Shown here: positions 13,345 through 25,427 of the stretch, one piece after another | Layout: each line of letters starts with the position of its first letter | Position numbering within the stretch: the first letter of the stretch is position 1 | Source of the DNA: Cirrosporium novae-zelandiae | Taxonomy: Eukaryota | Assembly: GCA_026023565.1 (NCBI GenBank) | Contig: JAPETS010000024.1 | Coordinates: 186,001-250,000, forward strand | Reading direction: 5' to 3' | DNA: 64,000 nucleotides | Program-made: the position numbers and the translations under genes | Notes under the pieces: model-generated | Told to the model about the DNA's origin: nothing | What the model saw: only the letters and a program-made list of their open reading frames with translations | The model's database searches: none

Positions 13345-14853
13345 ATGTCTGAAAGCGACTCCAATTCAACTCCGCCTGAAAGCTCGACTGCCTCCACAGG
13401 AAAAACCAGCGTCATGAGCAAAGCATTTGCCCGTGTTGACTTGGATGGTCACAATTTTCCTCCATCCCCAGCTCCTTCAAGCCCACACAATGGACGACGG
13501 TATGCTCTAGCAACAGAATTGGTATATACAGAGGGTACCGATCAATACGGTGCCAGCAGTGTCCCAATATATCAGGTATAGCTCTCACCTGAGTCATAGC
13601 CATGATTCGAGTCTCTTCCATCAGGAACACATTGATTAGTATCACATTCAATGCCCAATGCTAACGCTTGGCTAGTCTGCAACCTTCAAGCAAACCTCGG
13701 GGAATGGTGGCGCAGAATATGATTACACACGATCCGGGAATCCCACTCGTACTCATCTTGAGCGCCATCTTGCCAAGATTATGAATGCCAAGCGAGCGCT
13801 GGTCGTCTCGTCTGGAATGGGAGCTTTGGATGTTATAACTCGATTACTGAAACCTGGAGATGAAGTTGTAACTGGGGACGATTTATACGGTGGTACAAAC
13901 CGCCTATTGAAATACCTGGCTACCAATAATGGAATTGTCGTCCATCATATTGATACGACTAATCCAGAGAAAGTAACAGAGGTTCTAGGACCTAAAACAG
14001 CTATGGTATTGCTTGAAACACCGACAAATCCTTTGATTAAAGTTGTCGATATTCCAAAAATCGCCTCAGCCGCACATGCTGCTAATCCTTCTACACTTGT
14101 TGCCGTTGATAATACTATGTTATCACCCCTCCTACAAAACCCATTGGATCTTGGTGCCGACATCTCCTATGAAAGTGGCACCAAATACCTCTCGGGACAT
14201 CATGACCTGATGGCTGGTGTGATCGCGGTCAATGATGCAGCTATTGGAGACAAGCTCTACTTCATGATCAACTCAACAGGTTGTGGATTGTCGCCGTTCG
14301 ATTCTTGGCTATTAATGCGGGGTGTCAAGACCCTCAAGGTTCGCATGGATACCCAACAATCCAACGCCCAAAGGATCGCAGAATTCCTTGAAGAGGTTGG
14401 ATTTAAAGTAAGGTATCCAGGTCTCAAATCCCACCCCCAGTATGAACTGCATCACTCCATGGCTCGTGGCTGTGGTGCTGTGCTATCCTTTGAAACCGGT
14501 GACACGGCCATTAGTGAGCGGATAGTTGAAGCCGCGAGACTCTGGGCTATCAGCGTTAGCTTTGGATGTGTCAACAGTTTAATTAGCATGCCATGCCGGA
14601 TGAGCCATGCAAGTATTGATCCTAAAACCCGTGCTGAGCGCCACATGCCAGAGGATATTATAAGATTATGTGTGGGTATAGAAGATGCAGATGATTTGAT
14701 TGATGACTTGAAGAGAGCTGTAAGTCCATGAGAGCAATATCTTTATCTCTATCCAATCTAACTTTATTCTAGTTCGTTCAAGCTGGTGCAGTAACCGTAA
14801 CTCTGGATGGTATTACCGCAAAAGGATCCGGCCGACCTCTGGGTGAATCTTGA
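13345..14853 (+). CDS. STR3: Cystathionine beta-lyase (PLP-dependent), 3 exons
   Basis: SVPIYQ|SATFKQ, YDYTRSGNPTR, LETPTNP, PLP-lysine motif SGTKYLSGHHD and SVSFGCVNSLIS; last exon ends at TGA 14851-14853. Confidence 0.94.
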
Positions 14854-15275
14854 GCTTTTTCTTTATCACCGAACCAAGTGTTCCAGAACTTTTGGCGTAT
14901 TTAGGTGTTCAAGGTGATACGAATATTCCTAAGGGGGTAAAAGGTGAATAAAAATGTTTGCAATGACGTTGGGAATTTGGATGATACTCACGATATTGCG
15001 CTCATCGCGCTTACTGTAAAAGCATCGCTTGTCTTCTGGAATAGATCCACCGATGTACTGTACTGTACAGTACAACAACAAAAAAAATAATTCTTGATTT
15101 TTTCTTTAGAGTCTTGTCTCCATTACCTATATATTACTGATCCCTATACCTATATACCGTATTTAATTATACTATTATCTAATAGAAATAATCATAACAG
15201 TTACTAGTTCATGAATATCAATAATAATAAATAACCTCCAAGACCGGGGGATTCCACCAAGTGCAAGTATGCACC

Positions 15276-15301
15276 AACAGCAACAACAACAACAACAACA
15301 C
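15276..15301. repeat. (CAA)n microsatellite
   Basis: caacagcaacaacaacaacaacaac. Confidence 0.85.
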
Positions 15302-15602
15302 ATTATTAACTTCAAAACAAGTATATCTATATCCCAGCATTCAATCTCGCTCCTCCCATCTACTCGTATCTCCCCCCTTCCCCTTAACATAATAACCCAA
15401 TCCCCCAGTCCCCCCAATTCCGTAACACCTACAGTAAATAACGCTTTTCTTTTAGCAACACACATATCAGGGGTCATTCGGTTATCGGTAATTATCGGTA
15501 TCGGGTACCGCAAATCGCGAAATGTGGGATCTTCCGTTTTGTTTGGGGTTTTCAGTCTTTGGGGTAGATATGGATGATGGGGATGGGGGATTTTATGTGT
15601 GT

Positions 15603-15633
15603 ATTGATATTGATATTGATATTGATATTGATA
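15603..15633. repeat. (ATTGAT)n hexamer repeat
   Basis: About five tandem attgat units. Confidence 0.85.
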
Positions 15634-16077
15634 TCAAAGCTCTCTCTATGAAAATTGGTTTTAGAATTAAGCAGTATCATCACCCACTCATTCATTCAGT
15701 CATTCATTCAGTCATTCATTTAATCCATCTCTCAGAAGAAAATATCTCTTCATGGCTATTTAATTGAATTACTTGTTCTACTATTATGTATCCCCAAACC
15801 TCATATCTTCGAACATGCTTAATCCCCCCTCAGGCGGGTTTTTTTTTCATCGCACATCTAAAGCTCTATTACTCCATAGAGTCTATCATAGACCAAAGGG
15901 GCGACATATATATATATAGACAATAATATGAATCATCATTAACGCTCTGCACCTCCTCCTCTACTCTATTGTTAATCTGGATATATGATCATTATTTAGT
16001 AGTCTCCGCATCGCTGGCTCCGTCATTACTATTGTCAGTGAGAGATCAGAGATCAGTAGCTCTGGTGGCGGAGCGAG

Positions 16078-16099
16078 CATCATCATCATCATCATCATC
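16078..16099. repeat. (CAT)n microsatellite
   Basis: catcatcatcatcatcatcatc. Confidence 0.85.
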
Positions 16100-16860
16100 A
16101 ACGGTGTTACACTGTCGCCCTTGGTTCTCGTCACTTTCGGTATCCTCCACGGGGTGTACGTACAGTACATGTACAGTACATATATCCATGCCCAGTTTCA
16201 GAGAAGGGGCACAGAACAGCTAATTCGATACATATTGCATATAGTAATTATACTATTTGCGGAAACTCGTCCTCGTTACTCCTGGCAGTGCTCTGTTTGC
16301 TAAGTGATAAACACTAGCGCAGGGCGCGAGAATCGTTATGAGGATGTAAGCTCTTCCCTGCTCCCCCTTTCATCTCAAAAACATTTTTTAATATGAAAAT
16401 CGGTTGCATCTAAGCTGCTGTACTCTGTCGGTTGCTCCTCTATTCCTTGGCGTTCGACTTCGCTTGCTCCGTCATCACCGCATTTGCGACATCCCAAAGC
16501 CACCAGATAGCTATCATCTTTCCTTGGTTATTGCAGGACTGCAGACCTCCCGAATCTGATTACTTCTGGCGACTAGAATTCGATCGGTTTCGATGCATTC
16601 TACGTTTCCCAGTATATGCATTTCACCATTTCTGGGACATCGTGGTTTGCCAACTATTGTCAAGTATAGTTGATAGTATCATATACTATCAACACTCTAA
16701 AAGGTTGAAAGTTGTAGCCTAATACATTCCGACCTTGTGACCGTGAAACCATGAGTACCGCGATATTCCTTAGATGTGTCTTTGCAAGCTCAAACGGAGC
16801 CTTTTTCTAATGGTAAGGATTTTGTAATGTGATTTTGAAATATCTCAAACGTATAGGGGC

Positions 16861-18147
16861 CTAGGTCACTCCATCTGCATTCTGGTCTGCAGTGAGCATT
16901 GTAAGTGGCCAAGCCATGAGAGGCTGCCAAGCTTCAGGTAGGATACTTTGGATCCCAATTACCTCTCGTTCTGCTACTCCTTTAAACCACCACAAGTCGC
17001 TAATTTTCTTTGTCATAGCAAAGAAATGTGCAAGTATTGTCAAAGCTCGGGGGTTGAGTTGTCCAAGAAGACCACGGAAATGGTCTGGCATGATTGATCC
17101 GAGTGCTATGAAGCGACTCATCATCATGGTAGGAGTCTCGTTATCTGCAAGTGCCATTTGTATTGTCCCTAAGTAGCTTACAAGCTGCTGGTAGGCGAAT
17201 GCGTCCTCTGGTGGGATAGTCTTGCTGTCTTCGGCAGGCGTCCAGGTCAGTAAGGCGCCAAAGTATTCAGCGTTTTTAACATTGAATAGTGATTGCAAGT
17301 CGGAAAGATGAGGCTTGGCAAATATGACAATATGAGTGCAAGAATGCTCAGTAATCCATGGTCGTGCTGCACAAACGATGAAGCCGATAGCGGCACTCAG
17401 GTGAAGCCACTGCATTGGGGGGGAGTATCTAGTCTGATCATCTTCCTGGATGTATAATGCAAAAGCTTGCCAGAGGACCATAGCCGCGCCCAAAGAGACT
17501 GCATCAGCATCTTGCGGACCAATTTGTGTAACAGCCTGGCGATGTTCTTCAATAGCGGCGTTTAAGTATACACGATGGACATGGGCATACTGAGCGGGCT
17601 CGGGGTGGGTTCTACTAAGATGCAAGGCGGATACTGCGAGCAGAGCCTTCAGTAAACAACCATGCTCAAATGCCATTCGTGGAGCATCGACAGTCCAAGT
17701 TTCCAAAACTTTTGGATCATCTACAGATGGGAAGGTAGCACATGTAGATGAGACATAATGATGCATCAGACGAAGTTCCAAAAGACGTTTCTCCGTCGAT
17801 TCTGCCAACAGTCCGGAATCCACACCAACATAGGGAAGAGACCAAGCCACAGGAGTGCTTAGAGAATCCAGAGTTTGCGATGACTCTGACCTAGGTGGCG
17901 ATTGGCGATACTCACACAATACCCCATGCCGCTTGCAACCACCACATATCGGGTGCTTTTCATCACACTAGCATAATGTTAATTCATTTTACTTGCATTC
18001 ATGAAATACCGTCAAGAGGGTTTTTTCTCAATAATGAACATGGATTTATACCTTGACTTTTCTTAATTTACAGCGGATGCAACCCATCCTACTCTTCTTA
18101 TGGGCTAGGCGAGGGGCCCTTTTTTGTTGTCGTCTTGCATCTTCCAT
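16861..18147 (-). CDS. Zn2Cys6 transcription factor with Upc2-like/fungal-specific C-terminal domain; intron 17968-18051
   Basis: Spliced HKKSRMGCIRCKLRKVK|CDEKHPICGGCKRHGVLC; C-terminal ELRLMHHY...W...PRMAFEHGCLLKALLAVSALHL and PRALTILAHF...WW. Confidence 0.9.
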
Positions 18148-19475
18148 ATTGACAAATGAAAATGCTCTAGAAGTCCTTTCCTAGTACCGGTACCCTAGTA
18201 GGGCTATCACGATACATAAAATATTGCATTCGGAGAGTCATTATACCAAGTATTGAAAGCTAAGTGATGTTGGATTAGTTACTGTAATACTCGGGATCGG
18301 GATTGGACAAATACAAGTTCTTGGTACTATAATTAACCACTTTCGGATTAGATTAGATGAATAATTAGAGTATCTTAACACTCTTAAAAAAATAAGCTGC
18401 ACATGCACCACAACGCCTGTAGTAGCTAATTAAATGTGAGTAAAGAATATATCAATAGACTATCTTAAGAAACTCCTATTATTATGTCGTGTAGCTATAG
18501 ATATTCCAACCTCAATCCTACAAAGTTAGCCCTAGAATAGGAAGTCATATTCCTAGTAATTACCATTGATGATATCACGCCAATAAGCTACATATAATAA
18601 ACCGAAGTGGTATTTATTATTGAAATGGTAAGTCAGGAGCTCCATAGTCGCCATAATAAAAAAAAATAATAGGAAGGGGAGGGTTGTGTGAAATTGGAGT
18701 TGGGATGGGTTTAGAGATTCTGGGAGGAAGGTTATAGGTAAGTCGAAATGTGAGCAAGGAGGTGAGTGAATGATCCCCCGAGGAAAGGAAGGAAGCACGA
18801 GGAGGGGAGAAGAAAATGATATGTGACAGAGAATGAGATAAAGAACATTTCAAGCCACAATAAATGAAATATAGTATTTAGTATACTTTCACTGACTAAT
18901 AGCGGATAGCCAGTATTTAGCTATATGATAAACTGGCTGCGTCATAACAGCTTGAGAGATATTTCAGAGATATCATCTTTTAAAAATTATCATTATTTCA
19001 TTTTTCCCTGCTGTGAGCTGACACACAACAAGTTGGGAAGCCTGAAAGTAGGTTAGAGTAGATTACCTAACTAAACACCGAAGCCAGCCAAACCAAACCA
19101 ATCTAAGAAAAAAAAAGAGAAAAAAAAAGAAAAGGTTCTTCCTGAATGTTTATTACTTAGGTATCTATCGTACACACATTAATTGGCTGTTTGATGCCAA
19201 AAATTCGAAATTGAAAAAAGGGAGATGTGGATGGAAACTTCTAAACTGACAGACAAACAAAAGCCGACCAGCCAAAAAAAAAGAAAATTTCGAATTTCCG
19301 AATTGTTGTCCTGTTTAAAAAAACATCCGTCGAATAATAACTAGGGGGTTTGGGAACAATAGCAAGTTGGGGAGGGGTATCTTATCTACACACAAGTACC
19401 CACCAAACATGATAAAAGGTCATGAACAGTGGTAACATCATGACGACAGAAGGGGTTAGTATATATGTAACTCTT

Positions 19476-19513
19476 GAAAGGAAGGAAGAAAGAAAGAAAG
19501 AAAGAAAGAAGAA
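19476..19513. repeat. (GAAA/GAAG)n purine repeat downstream of HOS3
   Basis: gaaaggaaggaagaaagaaagaaagaaagaaagaagaa. Confidence 0.75.
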
Positions 19514-19699
19514 ATGATAACGCGATAATAGATAGATAGACACCAATGCGTTTTCCAAAGCCCTCTAGCCATTTTGGCGCGGCAAAAGTGACTAGGATTT
19601 GGGTCCATCCACGCGAGTGGAAAGTCTCGTATTAAATACGTTGAGATAGGAGTGTTACGGCATCTCAGGGACTCCCCAAATGTCTTTCGCTTCTCCTTC

Positions 19700-22600
19700 T
19701 CATGATTTCTCAACCGGCCTTTCAGCCTTCTCTTCTTTCGGAGTAGCAATACCTCCCTTCACGCCTCCAGTTTCTTTCCCTCGCTCTAGGTGTGCAATTA
19801 GGTCCTTTACGGGTGTAGGTGTTCTTATGGTAGAAGAGTGTTGGGTATTCTCGACCTTGGGGTGTGATTTTGGTGCAGCGAATGGAATAGCTGAAGTGGA
19901 GGTGAAATTATGCCCTTTTTCTTTGCTAGATTTAGGAGTTGCAGTTGTGTTGGTTGGGGCCCAGGTTAGGCTATTGAGGGTATTTGGGAGATGGGGTTGA
20001 TATTGTGGGGTGTGGGTGGATGTTGGGGAGACGGTGGCGGATGCTGTGGGGGTCGGCTCGTAGGGGATGAATTGAAGATCCTGGGGGCCTTCTATAGTTG
20101 TGGCTGGCGAATTGATGGTGGAGACTTCTGTGGAAAGTGTTATAGGTGGAGGTGGGGACGGTAAAGATGGTGGGGGTGTGGGGCGGAGTGTTGTTGTCTC
20201 TGAAAGAGGAGCTGAGACTTCCGTCGATGCAGTAGATTCTGCCTTTGAGAAACCCGAAGGTTTAACAGGCTCCGCAAAGCCATTTTCCATTGTCATATGC
20301 TCCATTGGCTCTTCTGAAACTAATTCGTCTTCCTTTTTTATTGATACAACTTCATTCTTCAAAGTGTTGGCTCTGGAGTGCATTTTCTGACTTTTACTGG
20401 CCTTAGTTACCGTACCAGCAGTTTTTGAGACCAATTCCTCTGCCCTTTTTTTCTCCCTCCTAACTTGTTCCTCTTTTGAAGGGACATTAAGTTTGATATT
20501 CATTTTCCTCATGCCCGAAGTCAGTTTATCCATATCAGAGGTCGAATCTTTACTAGTGGTGTTTGATGTAGTTGAGGGTTTGCTATATGCAACTGGGACA
20601 CGCGGGACAGGAGGTGCTCCTCTTCTGGCCTTTGATGCTTCAGTAGTGGAGACACTGGCGCGAGATTTAGGTCTAATAGCGGTTGTACCCCTTCCCGAAG
20701 ATGTGGGTCGACTCCTAGAAGCATCTCTTGATCGGGAAGCGCTGGTCGAGGGTCGGCGATCCGTGCCGACAGATATGGCACTTGACGCCACACTAGACAC
20801 ACTAAGTCTCCTCGATTGTCCTGTAGAACGGCTAAAGACTTCTCGATGACTACGTGTCGTGGAGGCACGACTCAAAGCTCTGTCTATGGTAGAAGCACGA
20901 CTCGAAGCTCTATCTCCTGGAGTTGCTATTGTTTTTCTTCGTGATGCATGAGATATAGGCTCCGCAGGCGCTTTCGCTTTCCGCTCCCGTAGTTGCATGT
21001 GCATGCCTTCTGCTGGGCTTGGATCTATTGGTGGCATTTCGGTAGAATATCGCGCCCGGCGAGCACGGCTGGCTTCAGCATTGAGCTCCTCTTGTTTACA
21101 ACTCTTAGTCTGGCGATCCGCGGGAATTAATAACTTGCTCAACTCGCATGCTGCTGTTGCCCAATCTACCTCATGTGTCGACGAAGAATGAGTGGGTGTT
21201 ATAGGGACCCTTAGAGAATCGCCAGTCATGGATGGCATTCTTCGTGGTGCGGTGTTCACAATCTTGGCTGAAAAGGACTGGGTAGGAGATGAATACGTCG
21301 GTGGGTGGGCATTTCGTGGCTTGCGGGCTGGTTGGTGGACTAAGGGAGGATTCGCCAACGCCTCAAGCTCCTCGAGGCGTGGAGCGGCCCACCATTTAGA
21401 ATCATAGCTTGGAACCGCAGACGGACTATCAAGCATCTGATCTTCTTTTGTATTATCAAGCTTGAGCACCCCTAGTCGTTGGCTCATCTCATACCCCAAT
21501 CCATGTTCAACATCCGCTTGTTTAGGAATTTTGGGTTTCAACTTTGCAAGGCCAGACAAATGGCTAAATACACCGCTTGTTAAAGCCCTGTCACTATATC
21601 CACCTTCAAGAACACTAATAACTCTCCCGTCAACGCCGAGTCCCTCTTCCTCTGCCATTTTAACAACATCAGATGTGAATTTCGCGTAAAACTCGGTAGG
21701 CACGTTTACTTTATGCCTTTGCATGCCCAAACTTTCCCATTCGCTAGCATCGAAGCCAGCAGACAAGAATATGGCAGCCTTAGGACGTGCATGATTCGGC
21801 ATATTCGAATAACGTTCGGTATGCTCCTTTAGAAAATTCCGGGCCTTATCAATTAATACAATGTACCTCGATGTATACAGGTCCCAGAATTCAACCTCAT
21901 CCTTCCACGGTTGTAAATGAACATTCCAAATAGACTGATTGTGGGCATTCTCTAGACAGATGCTAGCATTAAGGACCTTTTCCGGAACACCATTTTCACA
22001 GGGGTATGAATTGATATCATGCATGCTAAAATATCCAATCGGGGCTTTCTTATACGGTGCGGCATTTCTAGGGCCAGATGTTGATTTGGAATTGAAATTG
22101 TGCTCCCAAGCAATAGCCTGGGAACCATCACCGTGATGGAGATCAAAATCAATAATAGCAGCATGTGTAAGGCCATGATTTATGGCAGCATGAGCAATTC
22201 CAACATGCACATTGTTAAGCCAGCAGAAGCCGGAAGGAAACGTAGCTGAACAGTGATGCCCCGGAGGTCTAATACACACAAAAGCTCGTTTGGGGGCTTT
22301 CTGCTGCTCCGGGGCCCCTAGAACAGTATCTACTGCTTCAAGAACGCCCCCTAGAGCCCCTTGGAGGGCGTTGAGAGACTCTGAACATAAGTATAAATCG
22401 CCCTCACTGAATTTTTCACGTTCCTGGCCGTCATCTCCATCAATGGCAGGTCTATCCAACTCTTTTCCATTTAAAGCTAGTTTTTCTTCAGCCTGACCAC
22501 ACATCATTTTCAGCTCATTCATCCAACCAGCCCCATGAACAAGTGTAACAATGGGGGAATCAAGGGTAGCAACCCTATTTGTTTTGTGAAAGCGAAATGG

Positions 22601-23200
22601 TATATCTTGGGGGCCTGAATTGCCGAAATAATCCTTCTCTACATGAGGATCATTTTTTCCTCCTGCGTACTTCTGACCTAGCATCACATACGCAGCAGAT
22701 GCACCCAAAACACTCGCAAGAATTCGTTCTGGTCGTTCCACAATAGAGGCGAGGGTTGCTTTTGAAGCACGAGGCCTTGAAAATCTGTGGCCATAGCAGG
22801 CATCTTGTAGAATTACTATCACCTCGGATTGAAGGTCAGATGAAGTCGATTCTGAGGTAGATCCCAAATCCTTCTTAAAGTATTCACGGGCAATTTCAGC
22901 AGCAGACATAACTGGTGGTTCATCCGTATCTTCTGACGAGGAGGAGCGTTGCACTTTTGCCAGGTTAGATGTTGGGGTGGAGAGGGGGTTATAGGATGAC
23001 CTTCTGGAAAGACTGCGGGGAGGGGTATTGGTATTGAAACCGTGTAGGGATTTCATAGAAGCCTTTTTGTGGAGTGATGGGCTTGGAGATCTCGTAGCGG
23101 AATCGTGGCGCAGTGAGCTGAAGCTTGGAGGTCGTCGCATAGGAGAGGAGGATATGGAGATGGAAGGCGATTCTGGAAACTGTTGGTGTTGGCCTGCCAT
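19700..23200 (-). CDS. HOS3: Fungal Hos3-type histone deacetylase (HosB), single exon, 1166 aa
   Basis: IVERPERI, GDLYLCSESL, RPPGHHC, SGFCWLNNV, DFDLHHGDG, SAGFDASEWE, MQRHKVNVP and LEGGYSDRAL; long S/R/P-rich tails. Confidence 0.95.
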   Translation of the reverse strand: MAGQHQQFPESPSISISSSPMRRPPSFSSLRHDSATRSPSPSLHKKASMKSLHGFNTNTPPRSLSRRSSYNPLSTPTSNLAKVQRSSSSEDTDEPPVMSAAEIAREYFKKDLGSTSESTSSDLQSEVIVILQDACYGHRFSRPRASKATLASIVERPERILASVLGASAAYVMLGQKYAGGKNDPHVEKDYFGNSGPQDIPFRFHKTNRVATLDSPIVTLVHGAGWMNELKMMCGQAEEKLALNGKELDRPAIDGDDGQEREKFSEGDLYLCSESLNALQGALGGVLEAVDTVLGAPEQQKAPKRAFVCIRPPGHHCSATFPSGFCWLNNVHVGIAHAAINHGLTHAAIIDFDLHHGDGSQAIAWEHNFNSKSTSGPRNAAPYKKAPIGYFSMHDINSYPCENGVPEKVLNASICLENAHNQSIWNVHLQPWKDEVEFWDLYTSRYIVLIDKARNFLKEHTERYSNMPNHARPKAAIFLSAGFDASEWESLGMQRHKVNVPTEFYAKFTSDVVKMAEEEGLGVDGRVISVLEGGYSDRALTSGVFSHLSGLAKLKPKIPKQADVEHGLGYEMSQRLGVLKLDNTKEDQMLDSPSAVPSYDSKWWAAPRLEELEALANPPLVHQPARKPRNAHPPTYSSPTQSFSAKIVNTAPRRMPSMTGDSLRVPITPTHSSSTHEVDWATAACELSKLLIPADRQTKSCKQEELNAEASRARRARYSTEMPPIDPSPAEGMHMQLRERKAKAPAEPISHASRRKTIATPGDRASSRASTIDRALSRASTTRSHREVFSRSTGQSRRLSVSSVASSAISVGTDRRPSTSASRSRDASRSRPTSSGRGTTAIRPKSRASVSTTEASKARRGAPPVPRVPVAYSKPSTTSNTTSKDSTSDMDKLTSGMRKMNIKLNVPSKEEQVRREKKRAEELVSKTAGTVTKASKSQKMHSRANTLKNEVVSIKKEDELVSEEPMEHMTMENGFAEPVKPSGFSKAESTASTEVSAPLSETTTLRPTPPPSLPSPPPPITLSTEVSTINSPATTIEGPQDLQFIPYEPTPTASATVSPTSTHTPQYQPHLPNTLNSLTWAPTNTTATPKSSKEKGHNFTSTSAIPFAAPKSHPKVENTQHSSTIRTPTPVKDLIAHLERGKETGGVKGGIATPKEEKAERPVEKS

Positions 23201-23827
23201 TGTTGAAAAAGGCCTCTCAGAGAGGGGTTTTCTATGATGAATACGTCAAATATATCTCTTGTGTTTCTTATCTCACTTACCCCAGGTCAAGGTTGACCTG
23301 AGAATGAATAATGAGAAACCAGAGTTCAGGTTCTACTCTAACTTTCCATCCCTAGACAAACAAACAAAGGGCCACTAAAGGTTCAATGCGCTATGACGAG
23401 CAGACGCGAAAGTTCGCGCCACGCTATATGAGGCTACAACCGAGATCTTTCCAACCCTTCAATCCTTGCCAGCAATCCAATCCCGTTTGTTCGGATGTGC
23501 ACTACGCTCGGTGCTCTGTTTTGTGTAACCCCTTTTTAGCCTTCTATGTGTCTCTAGTATTGGTATTGACATTTAGGGCTGGGAAATAGGCTTCTTGCTT
23601 GTAAATTTCCCAGAACACGCATCTTCATGTTTCGCGTGTGTGAGAGCAGGAACGTGCGGTCAGCTGTCATTTGAAACCTAAACCCCATTTCAATTCTTTG
23701 TTCTTGTATTTTTCTATCTAAAATTCTTGATCCATGTCACCTTATACTGTCTAAACATGTATTCGTTGGCACTATGCACCTGACTAACTGAGATCCAATA
23801 TGCCTATATCCCACACTATGGACCCAT

Positions 23828-25427
23828 TTATAACGGTGAGAGCAAGTTGACCCCCACTCCTCTCAGAGCTTTCACCGCCCAGATGGGGTATTTATTTGGA
23901 CTATCGTAAAGCTTTCCGAAGAATTCATGAAGAAACGCGGGATAGCGATCTTGGATTATAGCGTTTCTTATAGATTTCATGAGTGAAAGAAGATATTGGA
24001 CGTTATGCATCGTCAATCTGGAAGATATTAGTAATAAACCCTTTTATGGCTCGAATCAAGGCCGCTCACAGATGAGCACCAGCTGTTTCTTTGGCAGCCA
24101 CGTGATATATATATGCCCGAGTAACACCGAGCCCGCCGCTATCCACAGGCCTACAGCAAACACATTCACATCCCTCTTCAATTGGAGAAAAGTCTTCAGC
24201 GTAGGTGGAATGCCGCAGATTCAAGACTCCTGAAGCTGTTACGGCATTGCCGAATCGCTACAATAGTTAATATTCGGGAAAACTCTGGATAGTATATAGC
24301 TGCTGCATACCGCTGTTCTCGTAGGCCATACGCAATCGAACATATCCGCTCCGAGAGCGACCGACACCACAAGATCTTCTGGATAGCCCTGGAAAATTCG
24401 GATCAGCACGAGCGTTTCAGCTGGTGGACAAGTGGCTTGAGGCTCACCACGCCCATGACATATCTTGGCTTCTTTTCTGGAAGCATCCCCGTACAAGTAT
24501 CGACTCTGGACGGAAGCGTTAGAATAAGCCGGACCAATAGATGTTAGATATACACTTTGCAGTACTCCTCTTTGGCTTCACCGCCAGACAGGCCACCAAT
24601 GGCAATGCCTGGAGTGTTTCTTTTTACCATTTCGGTACAGCATTCCCTCCGTAGCTGTAGGTCGAGACCTCCTTGAATGATGCAGAATAGATTCTGCCTC
24701 TCGGGATATTTATGTGCGGCTATGCAGCGATCCAACCATCGCACGGAACGCTCCGAGGCCTCCTTCATTCTTGCAAGGTCAGGTGAAGTAGTGGCTATTA
24801 CATCGTCCAATTGCATTATGATATCTGATCCGATAGAGTTCTGCAGAGATATCGAATGTTCCGGAGTTAGGAGCCTGTTCCATAGGTTAAGGCGTGCCCT
24901 GGCCACGGAAATCGGATTAAAACATACATTGGACTTCCATCATGAGGGCTTAGAAATCTAACACCTTCCTCAGTTACCTTTGCCAATTTCAGCAGAGAGA
25001 CCATCTGAAATCTATATATTATTAGCTACCCTAGTCTAGCAACCAAGCATAGAGATCAACCAACCCACCACTATCTGTCAAGATATTATGATTCCACCCT
25101 TGAAGCCTGTGGGCTCCTCCAACCGAATCGAGAACAGCCTGGCCTGGTTTCAGCCCTAGATGGTACGTATTATTCAGACATAATCGACACCCGGTTCCTT
25201 CGAGCTGGTCGGGTGTGATTCCTTTCAAGGAGGCTTGAGTTGCGACAGGCATAAACATGGGAAGTTCCACTGGGCCGTGGGGAAGTGTTAGTACAGCAGC
25301 ACGAGCTTTTGTAGTCTACCATATATTGGTTAGTAGACGGTCAAGAAGGCATGTGGGGAAACATTCGTACAGAACATTTTCCCGCAAGGTCAAAGGTTAA
25401 TGCCGAAGGCATTTGTGGATCCGCCAT
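23828..25427 (-). CDS. QTRT1: Queuine tRNA-ribosyltransferase catalytic subunit (TGT), about 8 exons
   Basis: [74 protein letters not shown] and Zn motif CECVCC...H. Confidence 0.95.

Noticed and set aside
14700..14905. Cryptic peroxisomal PTS1 on cystathionine beta-lyase via readthrough or intron retention
   Set aside because: The alternative C-termini (GES, VSP, WRI) do not match PTS1.
15175..16303. ORFs with poly-Q, poly-C, poly-M and (ID)n runs
   Set aside because: Translation artefacts of microsatellites in intergenic DNA.
20100..22496. Series of plus-strand ORFs inside HOS3
   Set aside because: Antisense shadows of the 1166-aa ORF with no independent motifs.
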